A stretch of 63,187 nucleotides of DNA, filler included, from Nitrospinae bacterium RIFCSPLOWO2_12_FULL_45_22 (GTDB lineage Bacteria; 2-12-FULL-45-22): NCBI GenBank assembly GCA_001803565.1. It is 9 parts of 9 records of this genome, joined end to end, with 100 filler letters (N's around TTAATTAATTAA, not from the genome) between each part and the next. Parts side by side here need not be neighbours in the genome. Positions count along the whole stretch, not along the records: positions 37,068 to 42,819 come from MHDQ01000237.1; positions 42,920 to 49,585 come from MHDQ01000238.1; 7 more parts are not named here. One strand, 5' to 3'. How positions within the stretch are numbered: the stretch's first letter is position 1; every line of letters begins with the position of its first letter. The notes under the pieces were generated by a model. That model was not told the DNA's origin and ran no database searches. It worked only from the letters and a program-made list of their open reading frames with translations. Shown here in pieces: positions 37,935-48,025 of this stretch. A program made the position numbers and the translations under genes.

Positions 37935-40900
37935 ATGAGGGGAAGAAGTCAGAGATCTATCCTCATGTCTTTTATAGTAGTCATCTCTATCTTATCAATG
38001 GCTTTGGATTGCTTAGCCGCCAATCCTTTTCGGCTGAAAGCCCTTACCCAGGGCTACCCTACGGAATTGGAATATTCTTCTCTCACCTACTACTATTCTT
38101 ATCCCCCTTCACCTAGTCCTATCTCCTTCAATGACCTTGATCAGGTAGCTTTTGTCGCCAAGACCGTAAACCCAAAAGGGATTTTCCTTTATGATGGAAC
38201 GTCCGCTCAAGAGGTCTTTCTAGAAAAGGGCCTTACGGCCGATGCCGCCCAGATGAATACCCAGGGTCATATGGCCTTTCGGGTATATGACAAATCCACC
38301 CAGAAATATGCCCTTTATTTGTTTACGGGAGAAAGTTCACAGAAAATTTATGATGATGTGCAAGACTTTAGTTTAAATAACCAGGATCAGATAGTCTTCT
38401 CTTCCTCCCGCAAGCTATTTTTTTATGATGGTACCCAGATAACCAATATCTCTTCCCTGGGCGAGTTTTTAGAACTTTACTCCTTCAGCCTGAATAACCA
38501 GGGCCAGGTAGCTTTTCTAGCCTATAACGCTACCTCCTTACAGAACGACCTCATGATCTTTGCGGCAGGTCAAATGACCAATGTTACCGCGGGGAAAGGC
38601 GTTACCTTAAGCAAAACTTCTACTTTTTTTATTAATGATCAAGGCCAATTAGCCTTTATTGCCAGTGATAGCTCAAACAAATATTACCTATTTTTTTACG
38701 ATGGCCGCCGCCTCTCTAACCTGACTCTTAATGCTGGCATAACCCTTTCTTCATCTTCCTCCTTTCGGCTTAATAATAAAGGACAGATAGCTTTCTTAGG
38801 GACTCAAGCCTTTTTCTTCTATGATGGGGCAAATATTATCAATATTACCCAACAGACCGGGATTAGCCCTTATGCGTCCAACCCTTTGTTTATCTTAAAT
38901 GATCAGAGCCAAGTAGCCTTTTTTGGCTATGACAATACCACCAAGCGAAACGGCCTCTTCCTTTTCGCTAACCAGGCTGTTAATAATATTACCGCGGGTA
39001 TTAAAGACATAAGTGGTCTGCATTCTTTCTTCTTGAATAATAAAGGCCAGTTAGCCTTTCAGATCGGCGAAAAACGTGATGCTACTTATTCATCCAATAT
39101 CTATTTTTTTAATGGGACCCATGTTTTAACTGTCAGTACCAGCCCACCACGGGATTATACTTATCCCTATTTTATTCTCAAAGGTCTCAATGAAATGGGT
39201 CAGATCCTATTTTCGGATTCAGCTTCCCTATACCTCTATGATGGTGTTAGTACCAAGAATCTTGCCACCATCCTGGCTACCCATGAAATCCAGGTAAATA
39301 TTATTGATAAAGCATCTCTGAATGAGAAAGGTCAGGTGGCCTTCTCGGGCTCTAAGGTCTATTCTTATAACTCGGCTGATATCTTCCTTTATCAGGACGA
39401 TAAATTGATTAATCTTACAGCTAGAAAAGAGCTGGTTCAGGATAGCGCCCCTTATTCCTATTCTCTACCCCGGCTAAACAACCTCGGTCATATGGTATGT
39501 TGGGGGAGCAAGTCGGCCTATAGTCAAGAAGGGAGTATCTATCTTTATGATGGTAGCTCCCTGAAAGAGATTATCAAGAATCCACCGTTTGCCGTAAAAG
39601 ACCTGAGGCTCAATGACCAGGACCATATAGTAATCCGGGCACCCAATGATATCTATCTTTTTGACGGAACCAGGCTCCGCCATATCACTGCCAATAACGA
39701 GCTGAAATTACCCAGTAGCTCTTATTCTGATCCTATCTTTTTCACCTTCAATAACCAGGATCATATAGCCATCCGCTATAATTATTACTATTCCTATGAT
39801 AAGCAAGGCAATATCCTTTACTTCTTTGACGGCAATACCTTAAAAGAAATATATCGTAACACCTCTCCAGTCTCCCTTATGCTCGATATGAACAATAAGG
39901 GCCACCTGACTTTTTCGAGTGCGCCCGAAGGGTATATAACCGACCTCTATCTCTATGATGGCTCTACCATTACCAATCTAACCAATACGGCAGAGCTAAG
40001 TGAATCGTATCCGGCTATAAACGATAAGGATGTGATAGCCTTCCAAAGCTATACTCTCTATTCTGGGGCCGACACTCAATTATCATTATATGCTGATAAT
40101 CGTATTAGCGAGTTATTTAAGACAAAGAAGGACTTGGAGGGCATTCGGGACAATATTCAGCTCAAAGATAACTACCTGGCCTTTGAGGGTACTTCTCTTT
40201 CGAGTAACGATTGGAATCTCTATCTCTATGATGGTAAGAAGCTACATATAGTAGCCAAATTAGGCTATGGGAACTATCTCCTCAATGGCCGGGCCCGGGC
40301 AATATTATACACCACCTCAGCCAAGGAATATGGGGGCCTGACACCCTGGGAGATATATATGGCCGTGCCACTGCCCCTGGCTGATGCCGGGCCTGACCAA
40401 ATGGTTACTGTGGGCTCCAAAGTCATATTGGATGGCTCAAGTAGTTATGATATCGATGGCGATCAGATCAATTATCACTGGGTAATGCTCTCCAGGCCCG
40501 TGGGCAGTAATGCGACCCTCTCCGATCCTACTGCTTCCAATCCTAACTTCATAGCGGATACTCCGGGAATATACGAGCTGCAATTAATGGTAGATGATGG
40601 TAAAGAGAGGAGCGAGGCCAATAGTGTGCTTATCACCGTAGTGGATGCCGGAGAGCAAAAACCAATAGCTTACGCCGGCCCAGACCGGGTGGTGACTACC
40701 GGAACAACCATAACTCTGGATAGCTCAGCCAGCTACAATCCTTCAGGAGATGACTTGAGTTATAGCTGGTCTTTGCTGAGAAAGCCTTCTGATAGTCAGG
40801 CTACCTTATCTGATTCTGCTAGCAAGAATCCGTCTTTACCAATTGATAAGGATGGACTATATGAGATTGATCTGGTGGTAAAAAATAGCCAGGGCCAGAA

Positions 40901-41393
40901 TGTGTCTGATACTATCAATATCTTTGCTCTAGGCAAAGATACCAAGGTTATGGTAAAGGCCAACAAATCTGAGTATCGGGCAGGAGATACCTTAGAACTG
41001 TTTCTCTGGAAGGGTAATAGCAAATCAGGAAAGCCCGTTACTGCCGATATTTTTATCGGATTTGGCCTGCCTGATGGAAGTCTCTATTTCTTCGATCCTG
41101 CCTTGATCTTGAAGCCATCCAATTCCACTAATCCCCGAAGTTTTACCCCATTTGCCGAGGCCGCTAGCCTGATTCCTGACTTCGTATTTCCCGACTCTGT
41201 CCAGATGAATGCTGATAGCGATGCCAATGGCAAGCTGGATACCTTTCAGTTCTTCTCGGTAACCTTGCCTCCGACCTTACCCGCAGGGGAATATTTTGCC
41301 TTTGCTGCCCTGGCTGAACCCGGCTCTGTCCAGGCCGGCTCTCCTAGAATAGTAGGGGATATCAGCCTTGCTTCCTTTAGCTTCACCCGATAA
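37935..41393 (+). CDS. Large secreted beta-repeat protein with two PKD-like domains and a shared C-terminal domain
   Basis: Signal peptide; many LN..GQ.AF...FFYDG repeats; two A.AGPD..V..G....LD.S.SY modules. Confidence 0.85.
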   Translation: MRGRSQRSILMSFIVVISILSMALDCLAANPFRLKALTQGYPTELEYSSLTYYYSYPPSPSPISFNDLDQVAFVAKTVNPKGIFLYDGTSAQEVFLEKGLTADAAQMNTQGHMAFRVYDKSTQKYALYLFTGESSQKIYDDVQDFSLNNQDQIVFSSSRKLFFYDGTQITNISSLGEFLELYSFSLNNQGQVAFLAYNATSLQNDLMIFAAGQMTNVTAGKGVTLSKTSTFFINDQGQLAFIASDSSNKYYLFFYDGRRLSNLTLNAGITLSSSSSFRLNNKGQIAFLGTQAFFFYDGANIINITQQTGISPYASNPLFILNDQSQVAFFGYDNTTKRNGLFLFANQAVNNITAGIKDISGLHSFFLNNKGQLAFQIGEKRDATYSSNIYFFNGTHVLTVSTSPPRDYTYPYFILKGLNEMGQILFSDSASLYLYDGVSTKNLATILATHEIQVNIIDKASLNEKGQVAFSGSKVYSYNSADIFLYQDDKLINLTARKELVQDSAPYSYSLPRLNNLGHMVCWGSKSAYSQEGSIYLYDGSSLKEIIKNPPFAVKDLRLNDQDHIVIRAPNDIYLFDGTRLRHITANNELKLPSSSYSDPIFFTFNNQDHIAIRYNYYYSYDKQGNILYFFDGNTLKEIYRNTSPVSLMLDMNNKGHLTFSSAPEGYITDLYLYDGSTITNLTNTAELSESYPAINDKDVIAFQSYTLYSGADTQLSLYADNRISELFKTKKDLEGIRDNIQLKDNYLAFEGTSLSSNDWNLYLYDGKKLHIVAKLGYGNYLLNGRARAILYTTSAKEYGGLTPWEIYMAVPLPLADAGPDQMVTVGSKVILDGSSSYDIDGDQINYHWVMLSRPVGSNATLSDPTASNPNFIADTPGIYELQLMVDDGKERSEANSVLITVVDAGEQKPIAYAGPDRVVTTGTTITLDSSASYNPSGDDLSYSWSLLRKPSDSQATLSDSASKNPSLPIDKDGLYEIDLVVKNSQGQNVSDTINIFALGKDTKVMVKANKSEYRAGDTLELFLWKGNSKSGKPVTADIFIGFGLPDGSLYFFDPALILKPSNSTNPRSFTPFAEAASLIPDFVFPDSVQMNADSDANGKLDTFQFFSVTLPPTLPAGEYFAFAALAEPGSVQAGSPRIVGDISLASFSFTR

Positions 41394-41736
41394 ACTATAA
41401 ATAAAAGGGTTAAAATGGGGCTTATGGGTTTAAGGAATACCCGCTAAGGATAGCGATTTGGACATGCTGGGGGTTATGCCTTCATTTCTTACCCGATTTA
41501 AACGTTCTGTCCCCATCTATCTATAAGGCTCTTACCGGAATTATTATAGCCAAGGATCTGCTGTTTCATATCTCTGAGGAGATAGGGGAGTAGAAAGATA
41601 ACCCCTGAGGTACTCATTGCTGCTATAATAAAAAAGTGCATTATAATGGTTGGGAGGATTATTACGCGCCCGAAGGAAAGGCTTGAAAAGAAATATCGCA
41701 GGGGCTGACCCTTACTGTTATCGGCGGTTAATATGG

Positions 41737-42819
41737 ATGAAGCAAATGGTCAGATTTCAAGATTTAATAAAATTTAATGTCTCCAAGGCCATTATTGGGG
41801 CATTGATATTAGTACCTTTACTTTATTCAGCAGCCCAGGCTGGCTGGAGTCAACAAACAATAGAAATGGACAGGCGTGTAGAAGCTGTCTCGACAGATAA
41901 GGCTTTGGCTGTCGATTCCAGCGGAAAGCCACATCTAATCTATAAAGCTTCTGATGAAGACTCATATCTATATTATGCATATTACAATGGGTCTACCTGG
42001 CAAAGGGAAAGAGTAGCATCCATAGCTGTCTATAATGGTAGCTTGGTGTTGGATAGTAAGGATAGACCCCATATCATCTATTTTTATTATGAATCGAATA
42101 AACAAGCTTTCTACTATGCCTATTTTGATGGTAACTCCTGGCAGACAAAGACTCTGGTAAGCTTGGAGAAATGGGGTATCGTGCAGGGCTCACTCGCTCT
42201 TGATCCAGATGATCATCCTCATATTAGCTATTCTTCCTATTATCATGGGATTAATGATTATAATAACTGGGAGCTCAAGTATGCCTATTTTGATGGTAAC
42301 TCCTGGCAGGTTACTACTGTGGATCAGCAAATGGTACGTACCAATATCAGTTATGGAGTTAATTATGCTAATTCTTTGGCTTTGGATAGTAATAATAGAC
42401 CACATATCAGCTATGTATACACAAAGATAGAAACGGGTCTTGAATCAGTCAACTATGCCTATTTTGATGGTAACTCCTGGCAGGTGGAGACTTTATCAAG
42501 CGGTAAATTTGGTCAGTACCATGGTAGTTCCCTTGCCTTAGATAGCAATGGCCGCCCCCAGATCAGCTATTATGATTATTATGCCCAGGAGCTCAAATAT
42601 ATCTATTTTGATGGTAACGCCTGGCAAACCACCACCGTGGATCAGGGTAATAGGGTTATAAATTTTTCCCTGGCATTGGACCACCTTGACAGACCCCATA
42701 TTGGCTATTTGGTCGAGCATCCTCTTGAAAATGTATTTTATACCGAGGTAAGGTATGCATATTTTGATGGCGCCTCCTGGCAAGTGACAACTCTGGACAG
42801 TAAAGGTGGTTTTTATATT
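41737..42819 (+). CDS. Secreted BNR-like beta-propeller repeat protein, 3' truncated by gap
   Basis: Signal-like ALILVPLLYSAAQA; repeats SLALD...PHISY...YAYFDGNSWQ; start codon uncertain. Confidence 0.8.
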
Positions 42820-43060
42820 NNNNNNNNNNNNNNNNNNNNNNNNNNNNNNNNNNNNNNNNNNNNTTAATTAATTAANNNNNNNNNNNNNNNNNNNNNNNNN
42901 NNNNNNNNNNNNNNNNNNNCTTCTCTTGAAGGGTGGTTCAGTCATTTTTCAATAAAATATCTCTAAAAATTATTGATATCAGGCTTATTCCAATATATAC
43001 TCCAGCTAAAAATAGAATAAGTTTAAAAGTAAATGTTAGAGGTTACGAAAGGAGCATATT

Positions 43061-43375
43061 TTGCGCGCAGTAGAAAATTGCAATTCCATTGAGGAAGTCC
43101 GTTTCAACATTGATCGGATTGACCGTCAAATTGTCGCCCTTCTGGCTGAGCGGGGTGGCTACGTGAAGCAAGCAGCTCGGTTCAAGAAGACCACCGATGA
43201 CGTGAAAGCCCCCCAACGTGTCGAGCAAGTCATTTCCAAGGTAACGGCTCTATCTCAAGAGTTGGGCGCAAATCCATCTGTCACGGAGCAGGTCTACCGG
43301 GCAATGATTTCCGGTTTTATTAACGCTGAGTTGGCTGAACATGCTTCGCTTAAGGGCAATGCAACCAACCCCTAA
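43061..43375 (+). CDS. Chorismate mutase type II / PchB-like protein
   Basis: SIEEVRFNIDRIDRQIVALLAER..YV..AARFK...APQRVEQVI. Confidence 0.88.
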   Translation: MRAVENCNSIEEVRFNIDRIDRQIVALLAERGGYVKQAARFKKTTDDVKAPQRVEQVISKVTALSQELGANPSVTEQVYRAMISGFINAELAEHASLKGNATNP

Positions 43376-43424
43376 CATTGCGGTCGAGAGGGACGCTCCG
43401 CGCGGCTCACCGCGGGCGTTAGCC
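43370..43424 (+). mobile_element. Integron attC site (55 bp)
   Basis: CCCTAAC overlapping the stop codon; GCGGTCGAG pairs with CTCACCGC with one extrahelical base; ends in GTTAGCC. Confidence 0.8.
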
Positions 43425-43441
43425 GGAAAAGGAAGATACCG

Positions 43442-44737
43442 TTGCTGAAACAACTAACGCTATTCGACAACCCTGTAGAGGGATCGCCAGACTTGAAGTT
43501 ATCACGTTCTGGCACCTTTGTTGACAACATGTCTTTACCTATCCATCGGTGGTTCCGCTATTCAGCAGGGTTTGCCGCGTCGTGGGTTGAGGAAGTTCTG
43601 TTAGAGTGGCGTATCCAGCCAGGGCAATTCGTTCTTGATCCCTTTGCTGGTTCCGGTACTGTACCGGTCGTTTGCGATAGCATCGGCATCAACAGCATCG
43701 GAGTTGAAGCTCATCCGCTGGTCGCTCGAATCTGCAAGGCGAAACTATTGTGGGAATGCGATCCCATCCAGGTCAGATCTTTTGCAGCCGAAGTGCTGAA
43801 GTACGCACAAGACCAAAAGCCAAATGTTTCGTCATACCCTCAGTTGATCCAGCGAAGCTTCGACACAGAAGCGCTCGCAACCCTCGATAGTCTGAAGTCA
43901 GCATGGTCATCGCTACAAGATTCATCACCAGAATCAGAACTTGTCTGGCTCGCCTTGACTTCAATCCTTCGCCCGACGTCAAGAGCGGGGACTGCTCAAT
44001 GGCAATACATTCTACCCAACAGGACAAAGAAGAATGTGATCCATCCGCTACTGGCCTTTCAGCAGCAAGTAGAGACTATCAAGTCAGATATTCGATGCAT
44101 GCAGGCAAGGGCCAAGCGTTCACGCGCCGAGATTATCGCGGGGGATGCTCGCGCCTTTGCGAGTTCCATGCCACAAAAGGTTGACGCGGTAATCACGTCT
44201 CCTCCCTATGCTAATAATTACGACTATGCAGACGCCCTACGGTTCGAAATGACCTTCTGGGGCGACGTTACTGGCTGGGGAGACATCCATGAGACTGTAA
44301 GGAAATACTTAATCGTATCCTCATCTCAACATTCGTCACGGGAGAGACTCAAAGCAAGCGATCTGCTTGGATCGGACGCAGTAGAACCTATTCGGAATGA
44401 ACTCGCTGTCGTTATGGACCAGCTCGCTAAGGTGCGCGAAGCTCACGGCGGAAAGAAGCCTTACCACACCATGATTGGCGCCTATTGCCGAGACATCAGC
44501 CTAGTACTTCGACAACTGAGGATTGCCTGCAAGCCCGAATCTCGAATGTGCTGGGTCATTGGTGACTCAGCTCCATACGGGGTTTATTGTCCCATCGAAA
44601 AGTGGATCGGAGAACTCGCAATGGCGGCAGGTTTCAAACAATATCACTTCGACAAACTGAGAGATCGCAACATCAAGTGGAAGAATCGCAAACATAGAGT
44701 CCCGTTGAAAGAGGGGCTTCTCTGGATCGAGGGCTGA
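43442..44737 (+). CDS. Amino (N4-C/N6-A) DNA methyltransferase
   Basis: HRWFRYSAGF, motif I LDPFAGSGT, motif IV ITSPPY, VIGDS. Confidence 0.9.
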   Translation: MLKQLTLFDNPVEGSPDLKLSRSGTFVDNMSLPIHRWFRYSAGFAASWVEEVLLEWRIQPGQFVLDPFAGSGTVPVVCDSIGINSIGVEAHPLVARICKAKLLWECDPIQVRSFAAEVLKYAQDQKPNVSSYPQLIQRSFDTEALATLDSLKSAWSSLQDSSPESELVWLALTSILRPTSRAGTAQWQYILPNRTKKNVIHPLLAFQQQVETIKSDIRCMQARAKRSRAEIIAGDARAFASSMPQKVDAVITSPPYANNYDYADALRFEMTFWGDVTGWGDIHETVRKYLIVSSSQHSSRERLKASDLLGSDAVEPIRNELAVVMDQLAKVREAHGGKKPYHTMIGAYCRDISLVLRQLRIACKPESRMCWVIGDSAPYGVYCPIEKWIGELAMAAGFKQYHFDKLRDRNIKWKNRKHRVPLKEGLLWIEG

Positions 44738-44739
44738 AT

Positions 44740-45264
44740 ATGGCAGAATCTCCGGCGCATAGATTTGGACAGTTAATCGGCGAATTGCTTGAATCGGTTG
44801 TGCGTCCTCAGCTCGAGGACTTCTGTCAGGATCAAGGACTTTACCTTGACCACCAGAAAAGAGAACGACCGGCACGATCAGGCAGGAAGGTTTCATGGAC
44901 AGATCAGTACGGAAATGCGCATGATCTTGACTTCGTGATCGAGCGAGAAGGCACAGATCATCAGATTGGCAGGCCAGTTGCTTTTATCGAGAGCGCATGG
45001 CGAAGATACACAAAACACTCTCGAAATAAGGCTCAGGAGATCCAAGGGGCGATTTTGCCTCTTGCCGAGAAATACCGATGGAACAATCCGTTTCTTGGAA
45101 CGGTACTCGCAGGTGTTTTTACCGAAGGGTCGCTGGATCAGCTACGTTCACTTGGATTCCAAGTCCTATATTTCCCATACGAGTCACTTGTTGCGGCGTT
45201 TCAATCAGAAGGAATCGACATCGCATTTGACGACCCTCTGTGCCCTCTGCGTGCTCTGCGGTGA
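44740..45264 (+). pseudogene. Putative type II restriction endonuclease, truncated near 45234
   Basis: Coupled to the MTase; PD-(D/E)XK-like HDLDFVIE...FIESAWR; last codons (PLCPLRALR) are encoded by a repeat arm. Confidence 0.65.
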
Positions 45265-45316
45265 AAGATTACGAATTTTTTTATGTCAAAAAAATTCCGG
45301 TTTCTGTATAATGGAA

Positions 45317-47026
45317 TTAACTGGTTACCTTGAGGGAGCGCATACGGTTTATGGCCCCGGCTAGCTCATAGATACGGGGTAAGACAAGATTGCCGGCTTT
45401 ATAGGGCAAGATAATATCGAGGGTCTCCCTTTCTATTTGCGCAAACATCTTTTTTAAGCCAGTATAAAGGTCAGGGGTCGAATCCAAGAAGTTTTGGCTA
45501 TAGTAATAGATCATCTCACCGATAGCCCGCGTCTGGCTGGTATCAACTAACTGTTCCAGGCAGCTCAGGTCCAGGCTCTGTTGGCCAAATAGGATGGTCA
45601 GCAGCCCTTTGGTATATATCTTTACTTCCCTCTTACCCCGGCTGGCAACAAAGCTGCTGGGCAAGGGTTTCCGGGGCCTGATCGTACCAAAGCTCGCACT
45701 ACCTTCTCTTGCACGACTAGCGGGGTATTCGTTCAGGAGTGCCTTTACCTGGCTAGTAACGTCTCGGGGAAGAAATTGCTCCATCATAATAACCCTGCTG
45801 GCTACCTCGAAATAGTCACCAGAACCGCCCATGACCAGGATAGTAGAAACACCTGATTCTTTATAGAGCTGCTCTACCTTATCCAGGAAGGGCGTGATAG
45901 GTTCTTTGTCTTTACTCACTATGCGCTGCATCCGGACATCGCGGATCATGAAGTTGGTAGCCGAAGTATCTTCGTCAATCAGCAGGAGCCGGCAACCTAC
46001 TTCTAGGGCCTCCATAATATTAGCCGCTTGCGAGGTGCTACCACTGGCATTCTCAGTGGAAAACCTGACAGTATCCTTACCTAGAGGCAGGTTATTGATG
46101 AAGGGGCTAATATCTACTTTTTCGACGTAGCGGCCATCTTCTGCCCTGATCTTTACCGCATCAGCCCTAGTAGTTACATACTCCCGGCCATCACCCGGTA
46201 TATGGTTGTATACACTACGCTCCAGGGCGGTAAGGAGGGTAGATTTACCATGAAACCCACCGCCTATAATCAGGGTTATCCCTTCCGGCAGCCCCATACC
46301 CCGGATAGTCCCTCTATTCGGGGCTACCAGCCCTATCTCTAGCTCAGGTGGTGATTGAAATTCTATAACCCCCTTATCTAAGGGGCGATCATCTACCCCG
46401 CTCCTGCGGGGCAGTATAGAACCGTTAGCGATAAATGCTACCAGGTGACTCTCTTTTAGCTGCTGCCTAAGACTCCCTTGATCCTCTACTACCTGGATAT
46501 GCCTATGGAGCTGCTCACTGTCGAGGTTTTTATAGATTAATGCCCGGCGGATAATGGCCGGTAATTCCTGGAAAAATATTTCAGCGGCCTCTTTAGCCAG
46601 GACGGTTCTGCCAGCCGCAGGGAGCCCTACGACAAAGCGAGCTTCCACACCCTGGCTATTGACGAGCATGGAGGTACGGGGCAGGACCTCCTGGCCCGGG
46701 GTATCAATACTTATGAGACCGCTAGTACCCATGCCGCGGTGACCTTTAGCTATTTCTTTGATAGCCAATGCAAAGCTACGGGTCAGAAAATCTTCTAAGG
46801 CTATCTTCCGGGCCCGGTTTTGATATAACTCTTCAGGTAAGGCTGCCACTGATTGCGGTACCCATATACGAAGGCGGGATGGAGGGGCAAAGGGATCGCC
46901 CTGGACATGATCTATGAAGACCTGGTAGCTGCTAAAATCGTAGCGACCTTCCAGGTCTTTATATGCCTTATATCCACGGCCATCAATCCTTTGCAAGATG
47001 AAGCGCAACTGGTCATGACTCAGCAT
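45317..47026 (-). CDS. ABC-class ATPase domain-containing protein (P-loop)
   Basis: DHVQGDPFAPPSR, LPRRSG, GGGFHGKSTLL, RAEDGR, ASGSTSQA, LIDEDTSATNFMIRD. Confidence 0.88.
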   Translation of the reverse strand: MLSHDQLRFILQRIDGRGYKAYKDLEGRYDFSSYQVFIDHVQGDPFAPPSRLRIWVPQSVAALPEELYQNRARKIALEDFLTRSFALAIKEIAKGHRGMGTSGLISIDTPGQEVLPRTSMLVNSQGVEARFVVGLPAAGRTVLAKEAAEIFFQELPAIIRRALIYKNLDSEQLHRHIQVVEDQGSLRQQLKESHLVAFIANGSILPRRSGVDDRPLDKGVIEFQSPPELEIGLVAPNRGTIRGMGLPEGITLIIGGGFHGKSTLLTALERSVYNHIPGDGREYVTTRADAVKIRAEDGRYVEKVDISPFINNLPLGKDTVRFSTENASGSTSQAANIMEALEVGCRLLLIDEDTSATNFMIRDVRMQRIVSKDKEPITPFLDKVEQLYKESGVSTILVMGGSGDYFEVASRVIMMEQFLPRDVTSQVKALLNEYPASRAREGSASFGTIRPRKPLPSSFVASRGKREVKIYTKGLLTILFGQQSLDLSCLEQLVDTSQTRAIGEMIYYYSQNFLDSTPDLYTGLKKMFAQIERETLDIILPYKAGNLVLPRIYELAGAINRMRSLKVTS

Positions 47027-47107
47027 GGTCTATTCTTTGATCCGCTTCCCATGTTCTTCGATAAGCAAGACCCAGCTCCCCCATGTTTGTTCCCACTCTT
47101 TGATTCC

Positions 47108-48025
47108 CTAATTGCCATTGGTACTGACCACCGCCTTTTTTCGCCTTATTATAGCCGTTAAGACCTTTTCCAGGTCTTTTGCGGAGAAGGTATACACCTT
47201 GCTGCAAAAATTACAACTTATGGGCGTTTTCAATCGCTTTTCCACCATTTCCCTAATCTCTTCTTCACCCAGGGCATACAATGTGCCCTCTACCTTTTTC
47301 CGGGAACAGCGGCAGCGGAAGCGGACCTCCTTTTTTGTCATAAAAGTAATACCGTATTCCCCTACTGCCAGGTCCAATAACCTTTCCGGGCCATAACCTT
47401 CCATGATTAATTGGCTGCAATATGGGAGTTCCAGGAGCCTATTTTCGATATGAGCAAGGGCTTCTTCTTTCGCACCTGGTAGGGCCTGGATAAAGATACC
47501 ACCAGAGGCCTTTACCGAGTTATCACTCTCTACATATATCCCCAGGGCCATCGCCGAAGGTATCTGTTCCGAGACCGTCAGGTAATAGGCTAAGTCTTTT
47601 CCTAACTCACCACTTATTAAAGGTACCGCACCACAATACGGCTCTTTCAGACCCAAATCTTTATAAACATAGAGAAAGCCCTTTTGACCAACGGCCAGGC
47701 CAACGTCTAATTTGCCATCTTTGCTAGGCAGGTGGATACGGGGCCGTTGGACGTAACCCCGAACATTTCCCTGGGCATCGGCCTCTACTACGACCTCTTT
47801 TAAGGGACCATCACCCATAATTTGTAGAGTTACCCTTTGCTGGCTGTTATATTTAAGGAGGCTACTTAGCAGTATGGCCCCACTCAGGGCTTTCCCTAAA
47901 GCTGCGGTAGCTACGGGATAAGTCTGGTGCCGGGTGCGGGCCTCTTCTACCAGCCCGGTATCTACCACGGCAACACAGCGGATACTAGCCTCTTTGATAA
48001 TGCCAGAAACCAGGTAATCGGACAT
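47108..48025 (-). CDS. hslO: Hsp33 redox-regulated chaperone
   Basis: GDGPL, YLTVSEQIPS, GGIFIQALPG, C-terminal CRCSR...CNFC zinc site. Confidence 0.93.
   Translation of the reverse strand: MSDYLVSGIIKEASIRCVAVVDTGLVEEARTRHQTYPVATAALGKALSGAILLSSLLKYNSQQRVTLQIMGDGPLKEVVVEADAQGNVRGYVQRPRIHLPSKDGKLDVGLAVGQKGFLYVYKDLGLKEPYCGAVPLISGELGKDLAYYLTVSEQIPSAMALGIYVESDNSVKASGGIFIQALPGAKEEALAHIENRLLELPYCSQLIMEGYGPERLLDLAVGEYGITFMTKKEVRFRCRCSRKKVEGTLYALGEEEIREMVEKRLKTPISCNFCSKVYTFSAKDLEKVLTAIIRRKKAVVSTNGN

Noticed and set aside
42113-42782. Repeated TATGCCTATTTTGATGGTAACTCCTGGCAG as CRISPR or DGR repeats
   Set aside because: These are in-frame coding repeats (YAYFDGNSWQ) of a beta-propeller protein.
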